From assembly GCF_009914755.1 (NCBI RefSeq), contig NC_060928.1: a DNA stretch of 64,000 nucleotides, one strand, 5' to 3'. The notes beneath the pieces are model-generated. The model saw only the letters and a program-made list of their open reading frames with translations. It made no database searches and was not told the origin of the DNA. The first letter of the stretch is position 1; each line of letters opens with the position of its first letter. The position numbers were made by a program, and so were the translations under genes. This document shows positions 38,690 through 53,659 of the stretch, in pieces. The stretch comes from the human T2T-CHM13v2.0 reference genome, Homo sapiens.

Positions 38690-40700
38690 AAGGGAATTAA
38701 AAACAAATCCTGACCTTTTGGTCTGAAAAAATTGAAAAAAAGGTGGCAACATTTACTGAACTGTAAGACTATACAAAGAAGGTTTTTTGTTTGTTTGTGT
38801 GTTTATTTGGCAAATACAATATAATTAAGACTTATCTTTTGGATCTGTTAATTTTGAGAAGCTTTTTAGACATCCAAATGGAAATGTTGAGGAAGTAGTT
38901 AATGCTATTGCCCTGGATATCAGGAGATAAGTCAGAGCTGTAAATTTTAATTCTTTGCCATGCAGGTTCTCTTTAAACCACTGGACTTGGTAAGATTATC
39001 TAGAGCAGTAATTTGTGGGAAAAAAAGTAGATAATGAAGAAGTAAATACTGTGGGAGGAAACATTAATAACATGTACTAGGAAGAAATGGCCAATGAGGT
39101 AAATGAAAAACAAGAAGACTATAATATCCTGAAAGCCAACTGAGGAGTTGAGTATTCACTATATCAAGTTATGCATAAATATCAAGAAGTATGATTAACC
39201 TTTCCAGCTAGACATCTCTCAACATGCTGGTCAGAAAACATTTATGTACAACTCAGCATGTTAACATTTTTTAACATTACAAAGGACTCTGTCTGCTGTC
39301 ACAACAACTTGTGAATTATAGTGCCCATTTTTTCAAAGCTCTGGATATTACTAAGACATTTAACTGTCCAAAGTCCCTGATTTCACATATTTCCTAGGTA
39401 CAAAATTCTTATAATTCACAAGTATTTTATCATATACATCTGTAAAGCTCTTCTCCTAGTTGTCTCCTTTCCAAAACATATTTGATTAAGCTAAAAATAA
39501 ACCAGTTCAAGGTATGTTCAAACACAAGGAATAAAATCTTCTACCAGATGTGATTCTACAATGAAATGTTTGAAAATCAGTTTGGGTAATATTATTAAGC
39601 ATCTTGAATTTCAGGATGAGGTTTTGGAGATGTTTATTTTTTATAAATTCTGAGTTTCTGAGAAATTATTCTGGCAGCGAAGGCAGGCTAAATGAGAGAA
39701 ATAAGACATTAGAGGCAAGGGAGCTGGCTATTTGATTATCATACATTAAAAAAACAAAAATCTAATGTGGGCTCAAAGAACAGAAATGAAATACAGGGGA
39801 AGATATACAGCTAGGACTTGAAAATGCAGGACCAAGATTCAGTGGGGTGCTTGGAAATAGAGGAATATATTGGAGTTTCACAGGCAGACAGGAAGTGATT
39901 GAAATACTGAAGTTAGTAAAATGAAAGAAGAGAAATGAGAAAGGAAAGAATAAAAGATGAGTATCAGATTTCATAATGTCTATATTTATGGGTTAGAGGA
40001 TAAAGAAGAGTTATTTAAAAGACTGAAAAGAATGGGATAAGAAATTGCACAGAGAGAAGATAATATTGTTAAAGGAAAATATATTTTCATATTTGACTGT
40101 TTTGGAGGCAAAGGAAGACATAGGTGTATTTGTAGCCTACAACAGAATGAACTTATACACTTATTGTCCAAACTGGGACATTTTTGAGAGTGAAAAAAGA
40201 TGCCAAATAATAACCATGCTATTTGATTTACAACAGGCATAAAGTAGTACTTTCCCCAGAATGCTGGATATAACAGTCACTCTGAATAAGAGGAGACAGC
40301 TAGGGGACAATTGCAGACTATATCCTTGCTAACAGGAGAGTAAGCACTTGGTAAACTCAGACAAGAGAGGAGAAACGAAATCAAGCGCATAAGCAGAGTA
40401 GTTAGCTTTGATAAGAAAGAGGGAGTGTTCTTCCTAAACATCAATAGAAAAGTAAGAGTAGCAACACAATGGCCCAGAGGCATTTTTAAATGGAAAGAGG
40501 GCACTAAAGGATTTATCTTTAGAGCACCTCAGTCGTTTTAGTACGGTAGGCAGGAAGGTCACCTAATGAAAGTAAAAGGTACTGCTGGGGATTTGAAGAT
40601 TGCAGAAAGCTTTTCAAAGGCCCACAGTTGGAGATAGTGGAGGAAGTCAATATACACTAAATGCAAAGATCACCAAGCAGAATCAGGATCCCATGCACTT
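38690..40700 (-). mobile_element. Degraded L2 fragments
   Basis: Purine-rich L2-like sequence (tagacatccaaatggaaatgttgaggaag...ggagataagtcagagctg). Confidence 0.5.
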
Positions 40701-40734
40701 TTGTGACATTCCAAAAGGATAAACATATCTCATA

Positions 40735-41000
40735 ATAATAGCTACTGTCTAGTGAATATTTACTATATGCTCTACTGTAACATGCCCACATTGCATTAGT
40801 GACCTTTTTTTAATCTCAAAACAATCCTGTGAGAGAGGTGTTATCATTTCTCCATTTTACAAAAGAGGATACTGAGGCACAGAGTGACTAAGTAGTAAGC
40901 TATCCAAGGTCACACAGCTAAGATGTGAAGAGGTATGGCTTAAATGTAGTCAATCTGGCTTCAGAGATGAGGGTCTTGACCTGTAAGCACACTGCTTCTC
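40735..41000 (-). mobile_element. MIR
   Basis: ctccattttacaaaagaggatactgaggcacagag...ccaaggtcacacagcta. Confidence 0.85.
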
Positions 41001-42247
41001 AAGGTTAATGTTAACTGTGTTTAGAGTCATAATACAGATTTTAGAGTGGGATTCATCTTTAGAAGTAAGTAAAATGGTTTTGCAAGATCATTCACATATC
41101 CAGGGGAAGCCAAATAGAAAGCATTGCCCAGGGTGAGTGTTTCTTCCTGGTCACATTTGTTGAGGCTCCACCATGATCTGAAATGATGCTGTCATTTGAT
41201 GACAAACGGGAGGTAGTCGATCTGTCACAAGAAGGTTTATACTATGTTGGCCTATCATTCTACAGACAAAAAGATGATTTGAGTATGTAGGGTATCATTT
41301 ACTAGTGTGGTATTTCAAAGAATATCAATCAGGAATCCCTGAAAGCTGAAATGTGTTTTCCTAAAGTGAGAAAGCTGTACAATAATTCTTAAATCCTTTG
41401 TTGTTGTGGAGGAAATTTCTATGGGTTTCATCATAAAAAATATTTTATACTACAGCTACCAAGAAACCCTATCAATCTAAGTTGTAACATTCGTTTTTTT
41501 ATGGTTTGGTTGCTAGGTAATAAACACACACTGAAAAATGCAGTTTGAGGGGGAAAATGCCTCAATAAAGAGAATTCCCCTAAGGCTTGGGTGACAATCT
41601 CAACTAATATTGTACATCTAAAAAAATCAGGCACAGGGGTTTCTAAGAAAATTACAAATTGCACCACAGCTTTCCAGGGAAGGTAATTTTTAGTATCTCT
41701 ACATTTCTTCATTCCAATACTTTGTTCAGTATTTGGCCTATGGTATGTGTTCAATAATTATTCAATAAATCATTCTGTGATTGAATACATTTTTTTGTTT
41801 TTATTTTGTGAGTTCTATACTATATATGGAAGATACATGGACTACTTAAATGAACACACTTTTTGTAGTAAATGGTGTTCTATTTTCAGAAATATTACTT
41901 TTTCCCCACTAAAATTTATAGGTTTATGAACAGCTGATGAGATTTTATGTATTTATTTGGTATGTGCATATGAAAATGGTAGCTTTGCATATATAGATAT
42001 TGCTACTCAGTCATCTAATGTTCAGGGTGACTTTGATACATCTTAATTACTTTCTAGAAAAATAATACCTATAGGCCAAATTAAAAAAAAAATACGAAAA
42101 CCTATGTCATTTATAGAAGAGATCATTGGTGAAATATGGCGTAAAGAACAGGGGTCACAGAATCAAATATCTAAAGGTTTTTGGAAGTAATATAATAAGT
42201 GAAAGGGTTGGGTGAGGGATGGGGTAGGGGACCTTTAGTTTCAATGG

Positions 42248-43110
42248 CAAAGGCTGGTGAGGATGTGGAGTGACAAGGATGGTTATTCATTGGCATTGGG
42301 AATGAAAATGACACTTTGGAAAAGTTTAGTGGTTTCTTCCAAAGCTAAAAATAGACTTACCATATGATCCTATAATTGAGTTTCTTGGTATTTACCCAAG
42401 TGAGTTGAAAACTCACATTCAGGAAAAAAAAAAAAAACCCTGACATGAATGAACCCTAACAGTTTCCTTCATAATTGTCGAAACTTGGAAGCAAACAAGA
42501 TGTCTTCCAATAGGTGAGTAGATAAACAAAATATGGTACACCTATATACTGAAATATTATTCAGTGATGAAATGAGCTACAAATCACAAAAAGAGACTGG
42601 AGACACTTAAATACATATTGCTAAGTGAGAGAAGCCAATTCAAAAAGCCTATTTACTATATGATTCCAACTACATAACAGTCTGGAAATGGTAAAACTAT
42701 GAAGACAATAAAAGGATGAGTGACTTTGGGGAAGGGAGAGAGCAGTGAATAGGTGGAGCATAGGGCATTTTTAAGACAGTGAAACTATTCTGTGTGATGT
42801 TTAATTAACATTAATAATGTTAATGTGTAATGTCTATGTAATCTACTATAATGGCAAATACATGTCATTATACATTTATCAAAATCCATAAAATGCACAA
42901 CACAAAGAGTGAACACGAATACGAGCTATGGACTGTAGTTAATAATAAGATACAGATAACAGTTAATCAGTTGTAACAAATGCACCACAGTAATGCAAAA
43001 TGTTAGTAGCTGGAGAAGTCAGGAAGGGGATAGTTGAGGGAGGATAGGAAGTATATACTGTACTTTTTGCTCAATTTTTCTGTAAACCTTAAACTGCTTT
43101 AAAAAAGACT
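42248..43110 (+). mobile_element. L1MC/MD-like 3' end
   Basis: gctggtgaggatgtggag...ttaccatatgatcc...gctcaatttttctgtaaaccttaaactgctttaaaa. Confidence 0.85.
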
Positions 43111-44270
43111 ATTATTTTTTAAGGGTGACATTCAAGCAAAAATTTGCATCAGGTTAAGGATGAAGCTCTACAAATATATACAATTGCTGTATTAAGAATA
43201 ATTGTTTTCCAGGTAAAGAAAATTTGTTTCCTAAATCAAGAAAATATATTTCATGAAGCTGTGCCAAATTATCCAAATATATGAGGTAGACAATAAAATG
43301 TTCATGTCTTATATTGAAATAACATAGAATTTCTGAAGTAAAGGTATTTACTAATAATTTATTGAAGTATTTATTTTATAGCCTGGTATATTTGATTGGA
43401 AAAATATAATAGTAGCTCATATTCAATGATTTTATTGGTTAAACTTTATTATTCTTAAAAAAGTAAAACTCATTACCATTTTTACAGGAATGTTTCTGAG
43501 AGAAAAAAAATCTTAATTGTGGATATCACATATGACATAATTTTCATTTTGCTTATAAAGATGGATAACATATTATAAGTGATTTCTTTTTAAATTGTAA
43601 TTAATAAAAAGATACAGGCATTCTCATATTTGTTTATAATGTTATCTGGTTATATATAACTTGATAGATAATATACAATTTAACTACAGTTTACTAAATA
43701 TAGTAATGTAAGTAAATATAGTTTATTAAGTATATAACTTAAATATATATTTAACATATATGTGTATACACTATGGAAAACAATGTTCTATATAATGTGT
43801 ACTAATTAATCTACAAAAGAGAGCTAATATTTATCTTCAATTATAAGACATGCTTATTTCATATTTTAATATCACCAAAATGAGAATGTGTCTTTAAGTT
43901 AACATCAACTTAAATTAGATAAATTTTAGTAATCATACCATTGAAAAGATTGTATGATATTTTGGCTCAAGCCTAGTTTAGTTGGAACATTTCAAGAATG
44001 TAAGTTTCTAGTTCTATTTTAAGAGATGCAAGATCAATACGGAGGTAGAAAAGAATATTGTAATTCACTTATAAATTTCAGTGGTGCACTGGATGAGAAG
44101 GGAAATAGGGAGTATGTAAGGACATGGGGAGAGTTTTCCCATTTTTTAGTTCATTTGGAAGATACCTGTTTTCTTTTAAGCATAATTGTGACATATAAGT
44201 GCTATACCAGTTCTTTGGTTAATTTTTAAAGGAAATAGGAGCCTGGATTCTTGTTTTAAAGTAGCTTAGA

Positions 44271-44588
44271 GGCTGGGCATGGTGGCTCATGCCTGTAACC
44301 CCAGCACTTTGGGAGGCCTAGGTGGGAAGGTCACCTGAAGTTAGGAGTTTGATACCAGCCTGGCCAACATGGTGAAAATCCGTCTCTACTAAAAACACAA
44401 AAAAATTTAGCTGGGCATGGTGGTGCGCACTTGTAATCCCAGCTACTCTGAAGGCTGAGACAGGAGAACCGCTTCAACCAAGGAGGTGGAGGTTGCAGTG
44501 AGCCAAGATTGCACCATTGTAATGCAGCCTGGGCAACAAGAGTGAAACTTCATCTAAAAAAATAATAAAAATGATAACAATAAAAAAT
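44271..44588 (+). mobile_element. AluS (Sq-like)
   Basis: Full dimer; perfect TSD aaagtagcttaga at 44258-44270 and 44589-44601. Confidence 0.97.
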
Positions 44589-46440
44589 AAAGTAGCTTAG
44601 AGTCTACTGACAAAGATAGATCATAGGACATGTTATATAACCTTTGACTACTACCATAGAATCTTGAGACTTTATGTACAGATGAGTGCTAATGTTTGTA
44701 TTAATTTTTATTGTGAATCTTAGCAGTATTGATCTGGGGATATTTATGAGAGGAAAGGGAATGTAAAACAAAAATTCGAAGATTAGAGAGATTGAATTTT
44801 GACATTGAGGAGAGTATAAAGTGTTTCAGGTTGGAGAAATGGCTAGTATGCTTGAGATAGAGAGATTGGATTCCGTTTTTCAAATTATGATTTTAAAAAT
44901 CTAGTCTTCAACAGTAAGACACTTTGTTAACCTTTTACTCAATGTCAACAAAATGGAAGGAATGTATGTTTAAGTCATAGGCTAAATATTTGTACCTTCA
45001 TAGCTTATCTTAATGGGAAATCAATGATTTCCTCCATATAGTATTTTCATAAGCCCCTAAGCAAGCCGACTTATTCACAATGAAATACTTTCAAATTAGC
45101 AATATGATGCCTATATGTTTTTCATCTAGTACCAGCCATTCAAAGTATGTCACCAGGTTAAATTATTTGATTCTTTTCACAGCTTATAATGATTTGCTGA
45201 TTAGCATGCAGCACTTAAAAAGTTTTATAAAAATATCTTCAAAAATACCATAGATTTATTTTTCCTAAGGAAATATTTTTGGAGTGTGTAATATACAGTA
45301 TGGCCATATTCAAAAGCAGTACCAATTTTAATTTGCCAATGCATTTGATAGAGATTATCTTGTTTTTCCCAAACTCTTGAACCAACTTGTCTGGTTGAAC
45401 TCTTGACTTCACTACTTACTTGCTTAGGCAGAAACACAGCTTGTCTATACCTTGGTTTACCCTCTATAAAATGGAGATAGTAATGTGTAGTTTTAAGTGA
45501 GAAAATATCTAGAAGTTATGTGGGCAAGGCTACATTGGCAGAAACAAATGAAATTTTACAACAAATCTAGGAAATAAACACTAATAATACATACAGACAC
45601 GTGTAATGGAGATCAATATTTTAATGGTATTTAAATTAAATAAAATTAAAAAATAAAACTTCAATATTGATGCCCTATTTGGTTTAAATTTGATCACACC
45701 TTTTGGGAGAGGAATTTGCATATATCTGTTTCCAAATGGAGTAATTTGATAGTTACTTTTCTATTTCAGTGATATAGACATTTTTCTTAAACTAATTAAG
45801 GAAGATTGATAGGCTTTGCTCAGACTTTGAAATAATGTTTTTACTTATTTTAAGCAAGAGGGAGATAAAAATGGTTTTAATAAAATTAGCTTGCCTCCTA
45901 ACAATCAGGCTTTCTCTAGAATGTACATTTCCATTCCCAGAGCAGGATTCTGCTAGAGCACAGAGGCCAGATACATCTTTAAGGAACATGAATTCAGATT
46001 CCTCTTCCCAGTGCTTGCTCAAGTGGGATTCTAAACACTTGGGAGCAAGTGGGTACTATGTAGATGTGCTTGGCATCCGTGTGGATTATGGAAAGCGGTC
46101 ATCTATTTTACAGCTGCATAAAACAGTACATGGATTTCATGATGCAGAAAAGCAGTAGTTTATTCCTCATTTTCCATCATGTAAATTTTTACTAAATGGA
46201 CTTGCATGAAGAGTTACCCTCCCTTTAAAACACAAATAAAAAATGCCATCATTATTCACTTTCATCTTTCTAAGGTTTTTCTTGCAGGAAACAAAGAAGG
46301 AGAAAAGACAGAAGAGCATTCTTTAGAGTAAAATTTCTAGGCTGCACTGCAACTAATTTTAAATGCTGCAAGAGAAAAGTTTATAGCAGGGATAGAGAAA
46401 GCAGGCATAGTTTGAAAATGAATTTTATGTATTCATTCAT

Positions 46441-46476
46441 TCAAAACTGAAGAGAGAATCAAAACTGAAGAGAGAA
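46441..46476. repeat. Perfect 18-bp tandem duplication
   Basis: tcaaaactgaagagagaa x2. Confidence 0.95.
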
Positions 46477-47148
46477 TAAATATTTTTCCACCCTATAATC
46501 TAATAATCATGTATAAACAATGGTATGATCAAAGCTTACTTAGCCCATAAGAAAGCTTATATTTTCAAATCAATGTACAACTTCACAAAAGAATTAGAAA
46601 ATCCTTTCCTCATAAGCAACAATTAGACATATATGCATTACACCAAAAAAGGAAAGCCAATTGTCAAATATATTAACTGAAATACTTTTTTTACTTTAAT
46701 TATCAACACTGATTACTGTTTTGAATTTATTTATTTCTGACACTAGGGTTATTAATAGTAGTGTGTAAAAGAATCTGATTTTCAGAAGTATGTTAGAATT
46801 TCACACTTACATTTTCTAGCAAGATAAAATCCTCAGAATACCTGTAATCAAAATAAGGCATGTTTAAAAGTCTGTGACTTTGCTTAAAGTTTTTGAACTA
46901 TATTTGGAAGATACATACTGCAAATATAAAAGCTGGACTTTTACATACCAACATAGTATATGATCAGTGCCAAATGGATCCAACAACAACAACAAAAATG
47001 TGTGGTTACAGGATGCAGAAGACAGGGTCTACGTTTTCAAAGATGACTTCATAAAGAACTTGTGCTAAACCTTGAAGAGTAGATAAGATATGTAACAAAT
47101 AAGACAGAGTCGTTCAAAAAAAAAGCATGCTGGGACTTAAGCTCTACT

Positions 47149-47390
47149 AAATGTTTCTCAAACTTGGAACTATTAGCACTTATTATTAATTATTATTAAC
47201 CACTAACAAAAACTCTTTGTTGTAGGTGGCTGTTCCATGCATTGTGGGATGTTTAGCTTCATCTTGTAATCTACCTACTTAGAAGCCAGTAGCACAACCC
47301 TTCCTTGTAGTGGAAAAAACAATGTCTCTAAATATTGCCAATGTCCCTGTGGGGAGGAGGATGAAAATTACCCCTGGTTGAAAGCGCCTG
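47149..47390 (+). mobile_element. MER20 (hAT-Charlie non-autonomous)
   Basis: tttctcaaacttggaactatt...gcattgtgggatgtttagc...aatgtctctaaatattgccaatgtccc...ggttgaaagcgcctg. Confidence 0.8.
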
Positions 47391-48130
47391 AGCAATGGGA
47401 ATGCAAGTTACATAATAGGACAAAAGACAGCGAAACCAATATTGATGCACTAATGTTAAGATAAAAGTTGTGGTGAGCCCAAAATGTCAGGCTAAGGAGT
47501 GTGCAAATCTTATAAACACTGAGGGAACTCTGAAGGTTTTAAAGTAATGGATTAGCATAGTGAATGCTGAGCTTTAAGAATATAAAATTTGTACCTGTGT
47601 GCATAAATGGTATTTTGTAGGAAAAACAGAATAGGCAGAGAGAGTGATGAGCAGTCCAGCTCAGTTATCCTATTGTGGGATAACAAGCATAGGAACAGAG
47701 ATGACAGAAAAGTAAAAAACAAAAAACAATAACAAAAATTAAAGGTCAGGGATGGGAGGACATTGTAATAAATACTTCAAGGAACAAGTGATATAGAATA
47801 TGTGCTATTCACCTTATAGAACTGGGAGACCCTTGTTACCAAAAACTAATGTGATAGACTACAGAAAATCCTGGAATTATATTCCAGATATGTTTGCATT
47901 ATCTAGGCAATGTGAAATGTTATAGCTACTTTTCACAGGTGTTCACCTCTCATATGTGAAGTCATGAGATTTCTTGAAAATTTTCTGAAGGCTTTTCAAA
48001 AATCTTAAAAAGTCTTTAAAATCTTATGAAACACCAGTAGGCCCAAGTTGCAGTTTGGTACAGTGAGTCTAATTCATTATAGGTGTTTTGAAACTTCAAG
48101 GTCATTTATCATTTTGTGAGGAAATATATT

Positions 48131-48209
48131 TTAGGTTAGTGCGAAAGTAATTGTGGGTTTGCTATTACTTTCAGTGGCCAAAACTGCAATTACTTTTGCA
48201 CCAACCTAG
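48131..48209. mobile_element. MADE1 (Hsmar1-derived palindromic MITE)
   Basis: ttaggttagtgcgaaagtaattg...caattacttttgcaccaacctag; 79 bp with long terminal inverted repeats, TA at the right flank. Confidence 0.93.
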
Positions 48210-48319
48210 TATTTTTATGTCCTTAAAACCTTGAGATTCCATCTAGGGGAGTCATAATGTGACTGAAAGTCAGCTAAGTAAGCAGAATTAGGGTTTTTGG
48301 CAGTAACCCAGTTTGATGT

Positions 48320-48696
48320 TTTTGTTTGCTTGATCTGCGATAACAAAAAATCACAGTCTGGGTGGATTAAGCAACAGAAATTTATTTTCTCAGTGTCCTG
48401 GAGGCTAGAAGTCCAGGAAGATTTTCGCTAACTTAGTTTCTCATGAGGGCTCATTGTGGCTTGCAGACAGCCAACTTCTTGCTATATCCTCACATGGCCT
48501 TTCTTCAGTATTTATGCACAGAAAGAGAGGCAGTGAGCTCTCTGGTGTTTTTTTCCTATGAGGATACTAACCCCACCAAAACCTCATTTAACCCTAATCA
48601 CTGTGTTAGACGGTTCCTCTGCAAATAACTGCCCCACTGGGGGATTTGACTTCAACATATAAATTTTGGGCTGACACAAACATTTAGTCCATAACA
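48320..48696 (-). mobile_element. MLT1A/B-like solo LTR
   Basis: aacagaaatttattttctca...ggaggctagaagtcc...cttcaacatataaattttggg...ttagtccataaca. Confidence 0.85.
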
Positions 48697-48764
48697 GTTT
48701 CTATCATTATATGTAGAGCTAAAGATTCTTCCATGCTATTACTGAAAAATAAAATTAAGATCTT

Positions 48765-49275
48765 TCTAGGTAATATCCAAGCGAATTGAAAGCAGATGTC
48801 CACAAAAAAATGTACAGTAATGTTTATAGCGGTATTATTTATAACAACCATATGATGAACCCCAGGTCTATCAACTGACACATGGATAAAGGGTATACAC
48901 ATACAATTAAAAATAGTCACTGATAAAAAGGAATGAAGTACTGATATATGCCACATCATAGATGAACTTTGAAAATATTATGCTATGTGAATGAAGCCAG
49001 ACACAACAATGCACATATTGTAGAATTCCATTCATATGGAATGTCCTCAATAAGCAAATCGACAGAAAGAGATAGTAGATTAGCGGCTTCCAGAGTCTGT
49101 GGGGAGGGGGCAATGGGAAGTTATTGCTAATGGCTAGAAAGGTGTTGAAAATATTCTGAAATGAGATAGTGGTGATGGTTGCCCAAATTTGTGAATATAC
49201 TAAAAAATACTTTAAAATTGTGAATTTAATAGCATGTGGTTTATATTTCAATAAAGATTGTATGAGTTAAAAAAG
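48765..49275 (+). mobile_element. L1MB/ME-like 3' end
   Basis: ggaatgaagtactgatatatgccacatcatagatgaactttgaaaatattatgct...atttcaataaag. Confidence 0.8.
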
Positions 49276-51794
49276 TAAAATAAAGATATTTTCAGAAAAA
49301 CAGAAACAAGAAAAACATCATAAAACCTCCTAATGGAAAAGAAAATGAATAAATAGGCAATGCTTTAAGCTATTTGCTTTTTCTTCTTTATATCAATATT
49401 AAAGAAATTCTAGATTCTTACTTGTGTGTTCCATTACCCCCATATATTACCAATGCATAATACTAGTAAACCTTTTGAGATATAAAGAAGACTTATAATC
49501 CACTGAGGTTGTGAAAGCCTAAATAGGCTGTATTTGTAGAAATAATTTAGTGCAAGAGTATGATCCTTACTTATAATGTATCACTACTTATAAAACTTTT
49601 CAAATAGATTTACTGAATTATAATTCCTGAGATTGGCCATTGAATGTCATTTTTTGTTTTCAGTGTGAAGAAGGAATGTAAAATCTCTACATTTAATTTT
49701 AGCTTTCTGTTCATGATTTGTCTCATATTTTCCAACAATTCCTGCCAATTCATTCAATAAATAAAACATGAATTGATTTTACTGTTTGGATTCTCATTGC
49801 ACTTGAAATCAACACTAAAAATGTTCTATAAAGCCAAATATGCCCTCCACTTCCCTCTTACATCTATCTTATGCTCAGTTCTCTTATGCCACTCCACTTC
49901 ACTCGCTTTTCATCAGCCATATGGTTCTTCAGTCTTGCCTATAAGAGATCCATGATTCTTACGTCTTCATTGAGGTTCTGACATCAAGCTAGATGGATTA
50001 ATCCATGGAACAAAACAATCTATGAATCAGTTACCCATGTATGTAATACTCTTTCTTCCAAGGAAAGTCAAACCATTATTCTAATGGCCAAATCCATGAA
50101 TTTATTTGTCATCTTGTTTCCCTATTTCTCTGTACCTCTTATAAGCCTACTTCATCAGATTCCAAATGATGGTGATTGAGGTGTTGAATATGTTTAGAAG
50201 TTGGAAGAGAGCGAAAACAATACAGAACTCTCTCTGTAGAGAAGATATTTAAAGGTCAGCCACAGATAAATATGACACTTTGAAGGAATATATGTTTAGA
50301 TCTAGAACATGTCCACATTTGCATGTAACAGCATTTAACTTCTTCATTAAAACAAAGATAAAATATCTACCTCAAAAGTCTGTTGTGAGAAATAAATTAG
50401 ATCATATATTAAACAAGAGGCACAAATTAGCATTCAAATGTGGATGCTGAATAATTAGATGGACCTTCACTGCCTGACTGTTTGAGCAAGCATACTAGTC
50501 TTAAAGGACTGGGTAATCTTCATTTATGAAGAACCTTATGGTGTAGATGTTCAGAATCACTCATAATTAGCGCAAATCACACAAGGTAAACACATACATA
50601 CACAAGTTCTACTGAATATGTAATACATTAAAGTTCTGAAAAGGTATAAATGGGCCCATTTTCTGACAGCAGAATACTTAAAACCATATTAAGTGTGGTT
50701 AATAACTAGTACTCTGAAAAGGGGAAAATTATTCCCAAGACTATGTCTGTTCCAGAGTACCCTGAGTGTCCTGTATGTATCATCAGTCACATCATCATCT
50801 GGGGATAATTTCCTCACTTGATTCTCATTCCTTCTCCTATATTCTGGTTTATCAGTAAAATAAGTATTAAAATATGTACAGAAAAAATTATACAGTTAAA
50901 TTAACTATGTGAAATTCTGATCTTGGTTCTGACAGATGGAATTGTTATAGTCAATATATCTTTTGCAGATTTAGTGTACCTGAGATCACGACTTACTTTT
51001 TTTAAAGTAGGATATATGAATCAAGTACCAAATGTAAGGTTTTGTGAAATATAAACTATTTTTATTATGTTGTTTTTACAGCTTATTAAATGCCAAGAAA
51101 ACAGTTATTTAATGCTAAGAAAACTATCGTTGTATGATTTTATGTGTATGAGAAATCAAATGTTGCTCTTCAAGAACACTTGCGGAGATGTCAAGTAGTT
51201 AGATAGACGAGTCTTGAGACATTGAAAGAGGTCAGGACTATATATCAAAAATGAACTAAAATTTTTAGTATATAAATAATTTTCAACTTAAGCTCTATTA
51301 TCTGATTTAAAAGACAATTTTGACATGTTATTTGCTTTTCCTTTTTCATACTGAAAATATGGAGAGAGATCCACTTTAAATAAGGCAAATACTGTTTTGA
51401 TTTTATAAATCTGTGTTACTCAAACTCATCTTTGACACTTTCATGTTTTCTCAAAGAATTAGGAAGGAATGTTGTCTAGCAGTGCAGACATAAATATGCA
51501 GTATAAATATGGGGCAAATTTGCATTTTTGGATCCCAGCAAAATTTTGCAGAGGCACTTCTTTTAGGCCTTGGCTACAAACAATTCTCAATTCCTATCTT
51601 GAGAAACACTTTTCTGTTCTTTGTAGCTCCTTATAGAATAACACTAGCAGTTTATACATTTTATCTAATTCATATTATCTTTGCATAAAGCTCATATTCA
51701 ATAAATGACTTAAATCTATTCACATTTTGGAATACTCAGCACTTATAATTGCAATTGAGAACTTTCTCTTAAAATTTTCCTGTCCTCATTCATG

Positions 51795-53280
51795 CTTTCA
51801 TCCATCCATCAATTTATCCACCCACCCACACATCCACCCATCCATCTATCCAACAGTTACTGAGTGTCTACTATGCATCAGGCACTGTTACAGGTGCATG
51901 CAATATATCAGAGAATAACACAAAGATATTTGCCCTTGAGGAGTTCACATTGAGCTAAGGGGACAATAAAAATAAATGTAAAAAAAGAAAATAACAAAAT
52001 ATACAGGTAATGATAAATTATACAGGAAAACAGTATAAGTAGAGGAGGGCAATTAGGTTTACAAGTTCAGGCAATAGTGTGAGTGGAACAGGTGCAATAT
52101 TAAATGACATGGTAAGGGTAGGGTTCATTGAGGAGTTAAAATTTGAGCAAAGACTTGAAGGAGGTGTGAGTTGACCAAACAGCTATTTAGGACAAAAACA
52201 TTGTAGGCAAAGAGGAGAGCTGGAGCTTAGTCCTGAGATAGTTTACTTTGTATATTCCAGAAAGTGTTTGGAGGCCAGTGTTGCTGCAGTGTAGAGATCC
52301 AGGATGAGAAAAGTAGGAGAAATCAGAGAAGCCATGGGAGCCTGGGTCATCTAGGCTAGTCCTCTAAGTCTAGTCATCTTGACTTACAGGACATTTTAAG
52401 GATTTTGGATTTTACTGAGAGGAAATGGCCAGTTTTTGCCAGAGAACTATCATGAGCTTACTTACATTTCAAAAGGATTACTTTGGTTTTTCTTTTAAGA
52501 ATAGATTGTACAAGTGGTAAGGATAGACTTATGAAGACAAATTAGAAGGTCTTTTTTTTTTTAAAGTATGAGATTATGTGGGTTCTACCAAACTAAAAGG
52601 AATAGAAAATGCGTCAACTGGTCAAACTCTGGATGCATTTCAATGTTGAAACCAACAGGATTTCTTGGTACTTCCTAATAGATGAAGGATGATTTTGAGG
52701 CCACCAGGCTGAGAAAATAGAAAGGAGGGAGTTATGATTTGTGAGATGTGGGAAGCTGCTGGAGAAACAGATTTTGGGGAGGGTGGTGGAAGAGGAAAAG
52801 CTGTGGCTTCCTTTTGAAATTTAGGTTTCAATAAATATCTAAGTGGAGATGTCAAGAAAGTAGATGGATAGATGAGTCTGGTGATAATGAAAGAAGTCAG
52901 GACTATAAATATGAAATTAGGAATTAATACATAAGATGGTATACAAAGCTAAAAGACTAGATGAGATCAAGAAGTTGATGATTACAGATAAAAATGGTAA
53001 AAGACCATGGATTGACTTTTGAGGTATTCTACATCAGAATTTCTTGTCCATAAAGGGCAAGAGAAGGCAATGACCGAAACATATTAAGAAGGAGCAACCA
53101 GTGAGATCGAAGAAAAATAATGAAAATATGACATCTGCAGCTACTAGTGAAGTTTATCAACAAGGAGGAAGTGATTATCTGTGTCAAACGCTGCTTATAG
53201 GTCAAGTATGATGAATAATATAAATTGACCATTGGATTTAGCATTGTGGTTACAGATGACTTCAATGACAGTGCTTCTAA
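51795..53280 (-). mobile_element. L2 3' region
   Basis: (catc)n tail, then tactgagtgtctactatgcatcaggcactg, with purine-rich L2 body to gaccattggatttagca. Confidence 0.8.
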
Positions 53281-53659
53281 CAAAAAGCTGTTTGATAAAC
53301 TCTTCCTTCCTTTTCTATCTCCTACCAGTCGATCTTCATATATCTTTTTCCAATTATGATTACAGTCATTAATTTTTCCTCATGTTTTAAATGACAAAAG
53401 AGTATGTTTGTCATTGAATTCAATAGGAAAGTCAGATATATAAATAAAATAATCTCACATTTCTTCCCACACAAACATCTCCATAACTTTTAAGAACCTT
53501 ATCTTAAAATCTTGGAGAGTTATCTTTCACTTCATTCTTCATCTCATCTGAAATAGAAAAACAAAAAATTACATTAATTTAAGGGTCAGGTTTTTTGTAT
53601 TGACAAAAATGCATCCTAATTACCTAAACAGAAAGATAAATATAGATATGTCATTATTT

